64,000 nt of DNA, taken from NCBI GenBank assembly GCA_054600435.1, contig BAAIJX010000028.1, forward strand, positions 186,001 to 250,000, written 5' to 3'. A program made the position numbers and the translations under genes. Position 1 is the first letter of the stretch. The number at the start of each line of letters is the position of its first letter. The notes beneath the pieces were generated by a model. The model was not told the DNA's origin. It made no database searches and saw only the letters and a program-made list of their open reading frames with translations. Positions 45,962 to 55,941 of this stretch are shown one piece after another. This DNA is from Neophaeotheca triangularis. Lineage: Eukaryota.

Positions 45962-46053
45962 CACACATACTTACCTTGAACGTGTGATCTCGGAACGTAA
46001 GTATATTCACCCGCAGTTCAACCATTTCACACCACTAAACAAGCATGTCCCAG
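45962..46053 (+). promoter_or_regulatory. Predicted LUC7 5'UTR intron (45997-46053) with upstream U1-snRNA-5'-end mimic
   Basis: ATACTTACCT at 45967-45976; donor GTAAGTAT at 45997-46004; branch-like CACTAAAC at 46033-46040; CAG at 46051-46053; intronic ATG at 46045. Confidence 0.65.
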
Positions 46054-46112
46054 CGAGACAAGAAACTCCCGGCTTTCGAAGAACATCCCATCCCCCTCGA
46101 CGTTCCATCCCC

Positions 46113-47009
46113 ATGGCGGCCGAACAGCGCAAGCTGCTCGAGCAGCTCATGGGCAATGAGTCCATGACGGCTTCTGGCGCTCCTCGCGCCCAAGTCCACG
46201 ACATCACCGACCGCAAAGTCTGCAAATCTTACCTCGTCGGCAGCTGCCCCTCAGACCTCTTCACAAATACAAAAATGGACAATGGAGCCTGCTCCAAAAT
46301 CCACCAGCCAAACCTGAAAGAGCAGTATCAGAGTGCCTCCGAGGAGCAAAAGCGCGCTTGGGGCTTTGAGTTTGACTACATGCGCGACATCGGTGGTATG
46401 GTCGCAGACATTGATCGCAAAATCGAGCAGTACCAGCGTCGCCTTGAGAAGACTCCAGAAGAAATACGGCAGACCAACAATCTTCTCAAGGACATCTCCG
46501 ACCTCAACCGCAAACTCGACGTCTTGAACATCGAAATCAAGACCCTGGCCGAAGGCGGCGACGTCAACATCGCCGTGCAAGAGCTGTTCAAGTACAAGCA
46601 ATACAAAATCCAGAAGGAGGACCGCGAGCGCGATTTGAAAGTTTTGGCCGACACGGGAGGCCCCAGCGGACATCAGAAGCTGCAGGTTTGCGACGTCTGT
46701 GGCGCGTATTTGTCGAGGCTGGACAATGATCGGCGTTTGGCGGATCATTTCTTCGGCAAGATGCATCTGGGATACCAGACCATGAGGAAAGCGTTGAAGG
46801 AGCTGCAGGCGGAGACTAGGGGTCGTGCGCCGCCTGTCCGTGAAGAGCCCGCGCCAGATGCGTCGAGGGGTGGATACGATGATGGGGGTTACGGGGGTGG
46901 TCGTCGTGGCGGTGGCGGCTATGGTGGTGGTGGCTATGGTGGTGGTAGGGGTGGCGGAGGTGGATATGGAGGTGGCGGCGGCCGTCGTGGGGGTTACCGT
47001 GGCTACTGA
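46113..47009 (+). CDS. LUC7: U1 snRNP protein Luc7
   Basis: MAAEQRKLLEQLMG, ZnF1 VCKSYLVGSCPSDLFTNTK..C..H, ZnF2 KLQVCDVCGAYLSRLDNDRRLADHFFGKMH, RGG/YGG tail. Confidence 0.96.
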   Translation: MAAEQRKLLEQLMGNESMTASGAPRAQVHDITDRKVCKSYLVGSCPSDLFTNTKMDNGACSKIHQPNLKEQYQSASEEQKRAWGFEFDYMRDIGGMVADIDRKIEQYQRRLEKTPEEIRQTNNLLKDISDLNRKLDVLNIEIKTLAEGGDVNIAVQELFKYKQYKIQKEDRERDLKVLADTGGPSGHQKLQVCDVCGAYLSRLDNDRRLADHFFGKMHLGYQTMRKALKELQAETRGRAPPVREEPAPDASRGGYDDGGYGGGRRGGGGYGGGGYGGGRGGGGGYGGGGGRRGGYRGY

Positions 47010-48203
47010 GCTTGCCCTGACCTGTTGCTATTGAGCGATTCTAGCGCGGCGCTGGTGGTATTGGCGGTATCGCGATGCGGAAAAGGCGTTTTTGGGCGTA
47101 TACCCAGGCCTGCGGGCCACAGTTCAAGTTCGACTGTTACCCTAATGTATGGAATACATGTGTTTCTCGAGCTGCGATTTTGTTCCCGGCGTTTCATTGC
47201 TCGTCCCAGTCGTTCGCTACTTTGGCTCGAAAGGATCTGGTGAAGTACATGCTTGTCTCGGCGTACCTTGTTACTTTAAGCTGCGACGACTCGATGCCGA
47301 GGGCTTTGATACATCTTCTGTATTGAAACGATTGTCATCAGTTCATGCACGATTGAATCCTCTCGATGGACAGGCAACTACTGTAAGGACTCTTTGCATG
47401 TGAAGTCCTATTTCAACACAAACTCTGACCCTAGGTACGGTAGGTTGTGTATGATAGGGGTGTCGAAGGCATGGCTAGAAAGGCCGGCTGCCGCGACCTG
47501 TGGACCAGTCGAACAAACACGTGTGTTCAGACTACGCATCCTTTTGATAGGGGGCGAAGGGGTGTGGTGCGAATACATATGGTTGTGCTAATAATGCGAC
47601 CTGCAAGACATTGCCGTCGACAGGTTCATGCCCGTGCGCCTCGTCGCGACCCGATTGGCGCGCAACATTCATCCCACTTCATGATGTCGTTGGCCCGAGA
47701 CCGTTGTCGTTTCCCGCTTGCCCTCTCATTACACGTCCAATATTGCAGCCACCTAGCTCCTTACCTACATACCTACTATGTAGTCGTTATTTGCCCACAG
47801 CAATTCTTAATATTCATCTTCTCCACGCCGTTTCATTGATCATCATTGGCATTTCACCATCGAGATTAGACATTTAACGCACGATTCGAGACGAACAAAG
47901 GAGTCACCTACAACGCCACCCGAACGAAGCTCATACTCGACTGGAGGCAGCTCCCTTATTCACCAACGAGACCGATCGAAGCACAAAATATTTCCGACAA
48001 ATCACTCTGAACATACGCCCACAATCCATCCTGGTGACGTCTAAGCGAAGCCACCGTTCCCTCTTTCACCCACCTCCCTAGGGGACTCTCACAGCCTTCG
48101 CCAGACGCGCCTTTAAACACGCCGTGACTCTCCGTAGTCACAGCGAGGTGCCTTTGCCGGAGCGCCAGGGAGCCTTCCTTGGCGACACTTTCCCTCTCAG
48201 CAT

Positions 48204-51200
48204 ATGAGCAGCCATCTGTGGAAAGCCTACTATGAAGACGATGTCGATACCTTTCGGCAGCTGCTGGAGACCTCGGCCGGCTTCCATGGCCGCCCGCAAC
48301 AGGCAAGAGGTGGCAGCGCTACGTACGGGTCCAGTTTAGGCAACACCAGCGTGTTCGGGACATCGCCGACTTTGACGGCCAAGGCGAGGAAGAATGGGGG
48401 GTTTGGTGGGATTGGAGCAACCATTACGAGGGGGGATGTTAACTGGAGGGATGCACATGGCTTGACGCTGTTGCATCATGCTGCTTCCTCCGTCACGGAG
48501 AATGGATTTGGTTTTGCGGCGGCCTTGATCGATCATCCACACATCGATCTGTACGTACAGGATCAGGAAAATGGCTGGACAGCGTTGCACCGCGCCTTTT
48601 ACTTTGGCAACATTGCAGTTGCTAGGCAGATTATGGAACGTGATGCAGGAGATGCTGTTGGGACAACTACTGGACACGTCAAGCAAACGAGTGGGCTCGT
48701 CAAAGTCAAAGACCGAGAAGGCTACGGCCCGCTTGATCTGTACGCAGCGACGATCAAGGATCGAACGTTAAGGCCGGAGAGACAAGGCCGTTCGAGCGCC
48801 GATACGGGAGATAGCGATGACGAGGGCGAGGATGGCATTTTGGACATGGCCCGTGGACTTTATAACCTACCCGCGGTCGATATTCACGGCGACGAAGTCT
48901 TCACCTTTGGCAGCAACAAGAACGTCTCACTCGGGTTCGGCGACGAAGACGACCGTCAGTTCCCTGAGCGCATCACTTTGCGCCGCCCAGAGCATCTGTT
49001 GCGCCGCTTTTACGCCGAGAGCATCTCTCAAAAAGAGAGTTACTGGGCTGCCCACGATCCCGCCTCGCGAGAGCAGCCCATTGATCCATTGACGAAGGAC
49101 GTTGCCGAGATTCCATGGGCCGTCCAGACAAAGCCTATGATTGTGCGAGATGTACAGATGGCCAAACTGCACTCCGCGGTCCTCACTACAGACCCTGAAT
49201 CGAATCTGTACATGTGTGGCCACGGACAGGGTTGTAGGCTGGGCACGGGAGACGAGCGGACGCGTTTTGCGTTCGTCTGCATCGAGGGTGGAGCTCTCGC
49301 TGGAAAGAAGATTACGTCGGTAGCGCTCGGTTTGAACCACACTGTTGCTCTATCAGACCAAGGCGAGATTTACAGCTGGGGCAGCAACGGCTACGGTCAA
49401 CTTGGTTTCGCTCTACCAAAGACACCTTCGAGTGACGAGGAACCTGTTTGTCCAAGTCCACGCCAGATATTTGGCCCCTTGAAGCGAGAGATGATCCACG
49501 GCATCGCAGCCTCGCGCATTCATTCCGTTGCTCATACCTCTTCTTCCCTGTACACTTTCGGCAAGAACGAAGGACAGCTCGGAATGGTCGATTCTGATGC
49601 TCGATCGCTCGAGATGCAAACGACCCCACGCAAAGTGGCTGCTTCGCTTTTCGGATCGCCTATCGCCACTGTGACTGCCATCGATAAGGCCACAGTATGC
49701 CTTCTAGAGAGTCGTGAGGTCTGGGTTTTTGCCAACTACGGTCGAACCAAGGTTCAATTCCCTCTTGAAGGCTTCAGCAATTACTTCCTGAGGAAGAGCT
49801 TCCTCGTCACATCCTACGACAACGCGCCGAACCAGATCACCAAGATCACTGGCAGTGGTGACAGCATTTGTGCGCTCTCTAGCCGCGGTGAGGTTTTCAC
49901 AATGCCTATCAATCAAAACTACGAAAACCAGGCTTCGGCATCGACTACCAATCCAAGAAAGATCAAGAATGCCATCACCACGCCCCAGCGGATTTGGGAC
50001 CTCAAGAAGAACAACATGGCTGCACGAGATGTTGGTGTCGACGCAGATGGCTCAATTATCCTCACTACAGAAGAGGGTAGTGTCTGGAAGAGGTCAAGAC
50101 GTGCCAAGATCAAGGATGCAAGCGCCTCTGGTACTGGAGAGTACAAAGCAAAGGACTACAAATTCTCTCGCATTTCCGGCCTTACTCGTGTATTAGCCGT
50201 TCGAGCCTCTGGGTATGGCGCTTACGCTGCTGTACGAAGGGATTGCGATGTCACCAAGACTCAGATCGTCGTCGATCCTCTCTCCCTCTGGAAGGATCTG
50301 TTCCCACTTTTGTCACTGACGCATCTACGTAATGGGAGTTATGCGGAAGCGGACGAGATGCGACCCCGTTTTTGGCAGAACCACAGGAAGGTAGACGAGA
50401 TCAAGGAGCTTAAAAAGGTCCTGATGCAAGCAAAAGACATTGAAGCCGAGCTGTCTGAACTGGCTGATTCCTGCTTCTCGGACAGTACTCAGAGATACGA
50501 TGCGGTGCTTGCGACTACAACTTCCGACATCGTTATACCAGTGCATCGCTTTGTCCTAACAGGCAGAAGTAGAGTGCTCCGCCGCGGCTTCAGAGATCTT
50601 TGCGAATTGACTACTTTCACTATTTCAGACCTTTGCGTCACGGAATTCGACAGCAACGGTCGCACCGTCATCAAATTTCAAGGCCTCGATATCTTGACCA
50701 TCGTGGACCTTGCACTGTATCTATACACGGACGAAATGATCGAATATTGGCACCTGACGCGCAATGCCTCCTCGATGGCTTTCCGCTATCGCCAGATACG
50801 CACCGAGCTCATGAAAGTAGCCGCAAAATTGGAGTTGACGAAGCTGGAGTCTGCGGTTCGGCAGATGGTACCAGCGACTCCTTGCCTGGGCATGGACTTT
50901 GAGCTAGCGGTCGCTGATCCGGCCTACTTCTACGACGGCGACGTCATCGTACAACTAGAAGACGAAGAGGTGCGACTCCACAGCGCTCTGGCGTGTGCCC
51001 GCTGCCCCTTCTTCGAGAGCTTATTTGTCGGGCGTGCCGGCGGCCGCTGGCTAGCCGACCGGCAAAACGAAAAAGCCGTGCACGTTGACTTGACCGAGAC
51101 GACCGCGAAGACGTTCCAACTGGTGCTACGCTATCTCTACTGCGACAGTGGCGCGGAAATCTTCGACGACATCGTGAGCACCGACTTGGACGAATTTTTG

Positions 51201-52916
51201 GATAATGTCATGGACGTCCTGGCGGCTGCGAACGAGCTGATGCTGGATAGGCTGTCGCAGATATGTCAATCTGTGATAGGCCGCTATGTCGACGTACGCA
51301 ATGTCTGCTCGTTGTTGAATGCCGTCTCGCCGAGCGCGGTGCATGAGTTTAAAGATGCTTGTCTCGAGTATCTTTGCTTAAGCTTGGAATCTCTACTGCA
51401 AGGCCATCATCTCAACGAGCTCGAGGAGGATCTGCTGCATGAGCTCGATGAAGTGGTCCGCGAGAATCAGCTCGCTTGCATGCCCTTCGCGAAGAGTGGA
51501 CGCGCGGACAGGTTGCTCCATGAGCGATACCCTGATCTTGCCGCTGTCATTGAGCGTAATCGACAAACGAAGATAGATGCTGTGACATTACGTTCGCGGC
51601 ACCAAGATGTGGATAATTTCGCGCCAGGCTCGTTAGGAGATGAGACTGCCATGTCACCTGCTTTGCAAAAAGCTCGTCGACGTCCTTCCGCCAACACGCC
51701 GAGAAGCGATGGCAAGCCTAACCTCAAATCTAAAGCCTCTTCCAAGGATATGATGTTCTCAATGGACGAGGAATACGACAGTGGTGTTTATGGTATAATG
51801 TCATCCCCCAGTATTCGGCCAGCGCAGAGCCCCAAGATAGGCGGCCCTTCTTTATCGAGCACGCCGCAAGAAGAGTGGTACGACTCTCGAGGAAGACCGT
51901 TGGCATCGCCCAAGCTCGGCCCTCAGCAAAGTCTTACGCCTGGAGTTGGAACGCCAAAGACATCCAAGTCACCTCAAATTGACGAAAGAACGCCCGATAG
52001 TTCCGGCAGACCTTGGGGAATAAAGCCCCTTCCAGGGGCGAAGACCGATTTGAAAGAGATGTTGTCGCAAGCAGCGAAGCCGAAGACCTCGTCGCTATCA
52101 CAAGGCCTTGCCTCCTCCCAAGCCAGCTCTACCAAACCAAGCGACTCGTTCGGCCTGCCTGCGCCTAAGTTGTCGCAGAAGGAGCGCAAGAAGATGATGC
52201 AAACGCAGCAAGCGTCTAGCTCTAGTTTGCAGACACCATCCCCTTCGTCTGAGCTTCTAAGACCGAATAGTGGCAAAGCGCCTTCGCCTTGGCAGACCGT
52301 GTCAGCGACCAAGGTACCCGCATTGAAGGATGCTTTGGAAGACGAAACTGCGAAGCCGCCGCCGAATACACGTACAACGAGCACTCCGCATCTCACAATG
52401 CGGCAGACTATCGCCAACCACAAGGCCCCTCCAAAGCAGCAGCAGCAGCCCATCATCAGCCCCTCTGGACAGAAACCCATGCCTCAGCGCACCACCTCCG
52501 GCAGCAAATCCACTCAAAACCCCAGCCCGCCGTCTCAACGCTCAACTTCACTGCCCCAAGCCCAGTCCTCCAACAGCAAACCCATCCCGCAGTCGATCCG
52601 ACACACGTTGCAAGCAGAGCCAAACCTACAGCTCTCGATGCAGGATATTCTAGCCATGCAGCAGATGGAAAAGGACGTGATCAAGGAAGCCGTTGCGCCC
52701 AGGGATTTGCAAGATATTCAGGCCGAGCAGGAGTTTCAGGAGTGGTGGGATAAGGAGGCTGCGAGGATGCAGGAGGCCGAGAACAGTCGTTCAGGGAATG
52801 CGCCGAAGGGCCCGAAGAAGAGAGGGAGGGGCGGGGGTAAGGGAGCGAGGGGTGGGAAAAAAGTGGAAGCCGGGGGGAGGGAGAAGGGGGAAGGAGAGGG
52901 TACACGACGTGTTTGA
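48204..52916 (+). CDS. Ankyrin-RCC1-BTB/POZ protein (IBTK/Btb1-like Cul3 adaptor)
   Basis: Ankyrin repeats (GLTLLHHAA, ENGWTALHRAFYFGN), RCC1 repeats (FTFGSNKNVSLG, SWGSNGYGQLG), two BTB domains (PVHRFVLTGRS; HSALACARCPFF), low-complexity tail; 1570 aa. Confidence 0.9.
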   Translation: MSSHLWKAYYEDDVDTFRQLLETSAGFHGRPQQARGGSATYGSSLGNTSVFGTSPTLTAKARKNGGFGGIGATITRGDVNWRDAHGLTLLHHAASSVTENGFGFAAALIDHPHIDLYVQDQENGWTALHRAFYFGNIAVARQIMERDAGDAVGTTTGHVKQTSGLVKVKDREGYGPLDLYAATIKDRTLRPERQGRSSADTGDSDDEGEDGILDMARGLYNLPAVDIHGDEVFTFGSNKNVSLGFGDEDDRQFPERITLRRPEHLLRRFYAESISQKESYWAAHDPASREQPIDPLTKDVAEIPWAVQTKPMIVRDVQMAKLHSAVLTTDPESNLYMCGHGQGCRLGTGDERTRFAFVCIEGGALAGKKITSVALGLNHTVALSDQGEIYSWGSNGYGQLGFALPKTPSSDEEPVCPSPRQIFGPLKREMIHGIAASRIHSVAHTSSSLYTFGKNEGQLGMVDSDARSLEMQTTPRKVAASLFGSPIATVTAIDKATVCLLESREVWVFANYGRTKVQFPLEGFSNYFLRKSFLVTSYDNAPNQITKITGSGDSICALSSRGEVFTMPINQNYENQASASTTNPRKIKNAITTPQRIWDLKKNNMAARDVGVDADGSIILTTEEGSVWKRSRRAKIKDASASGTGEYKAKDYKFSRISGLTRVLAVRASGYGAYAAVRRDCDVTKTQIVVDPLSLWKDLFPLLSLTHLRNGSYAEADEMRPRFWQNHRKVDEIKELKKVLMQAKDIEAELSELADSCFSDSTQRYDAVLATTTSDIVIPVHRFVLTGRSRVLRRGFRDLCELTTFTISDLCVTEFDSNGRTVIKFQGLDILTIVDLALYLYTDEMIEYWHLTRNASSMAFRYRQIRTELMKVAAKLELTKLESAVRQMVPATPCLGMDFELAVADPAYFYDGDVIVQLEDEEVRLHSALACARCPFFESLFVGRAGGRWLADRQNEKAVHVDLTETTAKTFQLVLRYLYCDSGAEIFDDIVSTDLDEFLDNVMDVLAAANELMLDRLSQICQSVIGRYVDVRNVCSLLNAVSPSAVHEFKDACLEYLCLSLESLLQGHHLNELEEDLLHELDEVVRENQLACMPFAKSGRADRLLHERYPDLAAVIERNRQTKIDAVTLRSRHQDVDNFAPGSLGDETAMSPALQKARRRPSANTPRSDGKPNLKSKASSKDMMFSMDEEYDSGVYGIMSSPSIRPAQSPKIGGPSLSSTPQEEWYDSRGRPLASPKLGPQQSLTPGVGTPKTSKSPQIDERTPDSSGRPWGIKPLPGAKTDLKEMLSQAAKPKTSSLSQGLASSQASSTKPSDSFGLPAPKLSQKERKKMMQTQQASSSSLQTPSPSSELLRPNSGKAPSPWQTVSATKVPALKDALEDETAKPPPNTRTTSTPHLTMRQTIANHKAPPKQQQQPIISPSGQKPMPQRTTSGSKSTQNPSPPSQRSTSLPQAQSSNSKPIPQSIRHTLQAEPNLQLSMQDILAMQQMEKDVIKEAVAPRDLQDIQAEQEFQEWWDKEAARMQEAENSRSGNAPKGPKKRGRGGGKGARGGKKVEAGGREKGEGEGTRRV

Positions 52917-53469
52917 TAGCTTTAGAAGTTGATTTCTTGTATAGAATAGATGCGAATTATAGCTTCTCGATCAATAGTAGGAATATCCAGTGCGGTGACC
53001 GTTGCCGCCACCATTTAACCTACAGTCCTGTCGTGTAACATGGAATGTGCTTTGTCTGTCACGTGGTCTAGATGGGTCGGATATCCCCGCCTCCAGAGCG
53101 CAGAAGCCAATGGGGAAGAAGGGGATTCGGCTCGGCTTAAGCTCTCAGTCTGTAAGGACGATGTAGATGCGGTAACAAGCACGCATCTCCATCTGTATGT
53201 TGCACATAATCGCATGTCTTGACTGCCGCCCGACAAACACGCGCAAGTTCAGCTCTAATCTTAATCAGAGTTCCAAGTCAAGTCTGAAGCAGCAACGTTC
53301 TGGCCATATGGAAGACCTGGGCGTAATCATAGCAGCGACGCCGACTACCTAACCCAACCTACCTTACCTTAACCTCACCGGACCGACTTCGACTCTTCAA
53401 TCAATCTCACTCCGCCCCCTCTAAGGCATCACTATTCACCACGCACTACCCCGCAGATAGTAATCGACC

Positions 53470-55941
53470 ATGCCGGACCTCTCGCCCACCAAACCAAACA
53501 CCTCCGCCAACCCCGCCCCCGACTCCCCACATATCCACGAAAGCAACAACAACTCCAGCAGCCATTTCGCCAATGGCGGCACCTCACGACCACCTCTAGC
53601 CAAACGCCACAGCAGTGCGAGCGCAAGCGGCGCCAGTAGTTCCGGCACCATGCGCCACGTCGCCAGAGACAGCAGCATCTTCTCTCTCGGGTCCGAGAAA
53701 GAGCAACACCACCCGCTCCGCCACACAGTCAAGCCCGCCGGCCGCCACGCGCGCGTAGTCCTGCCTCGAAATCACAGTAGTGGTCGTAACCTCCAGCGTT
53801 TAGCACGGAATGTTCAGAGCGCACACGCTGCTGCGGAGGAGGGGAAGCGGCAGCATGATCGTGCGCGATCAGATGACCATTCTTCGCACGATGGGCGCTT
53901 GCCGGGGAGTTTTGGCCGCGTGGAAGGGGAGAGCAGCGGTGCTGGGAGCGCGAGATCGCAAGGGCTGAGGCGGAATCACACGAGCACGCAGCTGCCACGC
54001 AATAATTCGAATGCGAAGCTCAAGAAGAATTTCAGCCATGGGCATCTGCAGCGCGCTGGCGCGAATGCGGGGGGCTCAACTGCCGCCGGGTTGCGGAGTG
54101 TGACGTCGCCGCGGTTGAAGGGGAAGAGCAAGAGGCCGAAGAGTGGGGAGGTGCAGCCAGAGGAGCTGGATTTGCATCAGCAGGAGGTGGAGCTCGCGAG
54201 GCAGATAAGAGAGAGGAGGGAAGGGGGACCGCAGCAGAAGAGGGTGGGGTTTGCGGTTGGTAGTCCCGGGGATACTAGTGGTGACTCGGACGGGCCGCAA
54301 ATGGAGGGGCAGGGTTTGCAGGAGGATGAGTGGACGGAGGAAAGCGCGAGTGCGAGTCCCTATAGTACGAGGCAGAATACGGCGAATAATTCGAGGAGGA
54401 CGAGTGTGGTGCAGGAGAGGCATTCATCAGAGAACGAGCCGGCGCAGACGCAGCAGTCTGCCCTCCCTACGAGTCCGCCTCAACCTCCGCCAGAAACGAA
54501 TAAACCGCCTGAAAGGCCCGAGGCTGTCACTACTACGGATTTTGGAGGAGAATATGCTGAGGCAGATGGAACACCTGCGCCTAGTCCTGAACCTGAAGAA
54601 TCCTCTGAAGGGAGCAGTCCGCCGAGTCCACGCACGACGGCTCCCTTAGAGAAGACGGATACAGCTGAGACTGTACGGCCAGCACCGACAGCAGCGCCAC
54701 AACCACAGTCATCACCAGAGCAAAAGAGTCCGACACAGCCTTCGCGAGATCCTCAAGACCCTACCCGGCGTCTCCTCGATCGCAGCACGCAGCACGCTGC
54801 CCCAGCTCTTGTCAGCGACATTAACACCATGGGCCACAGCAGCAAGAACGGCTCACCGGCCCCTTCAACTCGCTCTGGATCGCATGACGAAGATGAATTG
54901 GTATCCCGCTTCATCCCCAGCGCATCCCACCCCTCAACGGGAAGTGGCGCAAACACGACAACCTCCACCCCCAAACAAGGCAGCCTGCATACTCCCGAAG
55001 ACGAACCCGCCCTACTCTCCCGCAACAGATCCGCCCCTCATTTCCAAGTCGGCAGCGTCGGCGCCCCCTCAAGCCCAGGTTCCGGCTCTGTCTCTGGCAC
55101 TAGCACCCCAGCCCTTGGCCGCTCACGAACGGAGCTAAAACTTCAACAAGAAAAAGCCCTCGCCGAATTAGAAACAGCACAAGAACGCATCCCCGTCGTA
55201 CCCGCCCACGTATACGACCGCCGCAACGAAAGCCTAAAATCCTACCTTAACCTTGCCGTCCTCCACAGCCACGAGGGCACCTCGCCCCGCAGTGGCGCCG
55301 GACCGCCAGCCATACTCGGTGCGAGCGGAAACCTATCACTCGGCCCTGAAGTCTTCCAAGGCCGCTTCCGCGCCGTGGGAACCGAGCTGCGCGTTGTCCA
55401 AACCTACCGCGACCCCATCGGCGAGAGCGTTGCACGCTTACGTGACTGCCAGGGCAGCAAACTCGCCCCGAAGCCCAAAAACCCATCTCCATCCAAAGCC
55501 GCCGCTTCCCAGCAAAGCCAACTCCGGCAGACGAAGTCTGCCATTAGTCTTCCTGCTCAGAGACTGCGGGAACAGCGCGGCGCGCCCTCGGGTTCTACTT
55601 CAGCTACGGCTGCCGGCTCGCCTCCGGCTTCTAATAACTCGGACCCGACTCGCAAGCCAGAGCTGCAAAGTGCTAAGAGCGCGACACATGTCGCTAGCGC
55701 TAGTCTTCACAACGTCAACAATAAGACAGAGCCCACTAGCGCGCCCCAGGCAGCAAGGCGCGGCGTCAGTTTCGCTGGGACACCGAAACCGCTGGACGAG
55801 CCGCGGAGATCGAGTCTAGGCGGTGCTGCTGCCGCCGCCTCCGTCGAGGATGGGACTGCGACTGTAACTGGTGGCGAGAATCAAAGAGCGGATGTGCTGG
55901 CTCGCCTGATGTGGGAGAGTGTGCTCAGTGGCGGACAATAG
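53470..55941 (+). CDS. Low-complexity Ser/Pro-rich protein, possibly TORC1 subunit Tco89-like
   Basis: 823-aa single-exon ORF. SRTELKLQQEK and FRAVGTELRVVQTYRDPIGESVARL resemble the short conserved Tco89-type blocks; the family call is tentative. Confidence 0.55.
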   Translation: MPDLSPTKPNTSANPAPDSPHIHESNNNSSSHFANGGTSRPPLAKRHSSASASGASSSGTMRHVARDSSIFSLGSEKEQHHPLRHTVKPAGRHARVVLPRNHSSGRNLQRLARNVQSAHAAAEEGKRQHDRARSDDHSSHDGRLPGSFGRVEGESSGAGSARSQGLRRNHTSTQLPRNNSNAKLKKNFSHGHLQRAGANAGGSTAAGLRSVTSPRLKGKSKRPKSGEVQPEELDLHQQEVELARQIRERREGGPQQKRVGFAVGSPGDTSGDSDGPQMEGQGLQEDEWTEESASASPYSTRQNTANNSRRTSVVQERHSSENEPAQTQQSALPTSPPQPPPETNKPPERPEAVTTTDFGGEYAEADGTPAPSPEPEESSEGSSPPSPRTTAPLEKTDTAETVRPAPTAAPQPQSSPEQKSPTQPSRDPQDPTRRLLDRSTQHAAPALVSDINTMGHSSKNGSPAPSTRSGSHDEDELVSRFIPSASHPSTGSGANTTTSTPKQGSLHTPEDEPALLSRNRSAPHFQVGSVGAPSSPGSGSVSGTSTPALGRSRTELKLQQEKALAELETAQERIPVVPAHVYDRRNESLKSYLNLAVLHSHEGTSPRSGAGPPAILGASGNLSLGPEVFQGRFRAVGTELRVVQTYRDPIGESVARLRDCQGSKLAPKPKNPSPSKAAASQQSQLRQTKSAISLPAQRLREQRGAPSGSTSATAAGSPPASNNSDPTRKPELQSAKSATHVASASLHNVNNKTEPTSAPQAARRGVSFAGTPKPLDEPRRSSLGGAAAAASVEDGTATVTGGENQRADVLARLMWESVLSGGQ

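Noticed and set aside
45984..46112. N-terminal extension of Luc7 from GTG 45984 as in the ORF track
   Set aside because: Luc7 homology begins at MAAEQRKLLEQLMG (46113), and the extension spans a predicted intron.
45967..46130. A genuine U1 snRNA gene starting at ATACTTACCT
   Set aside because: No stem-loop II (ATTGCAC loop), no Sm site and no U1 cloverleaf follow; the sequence runs into the LUC7 leader. Treated as a mimic instead.
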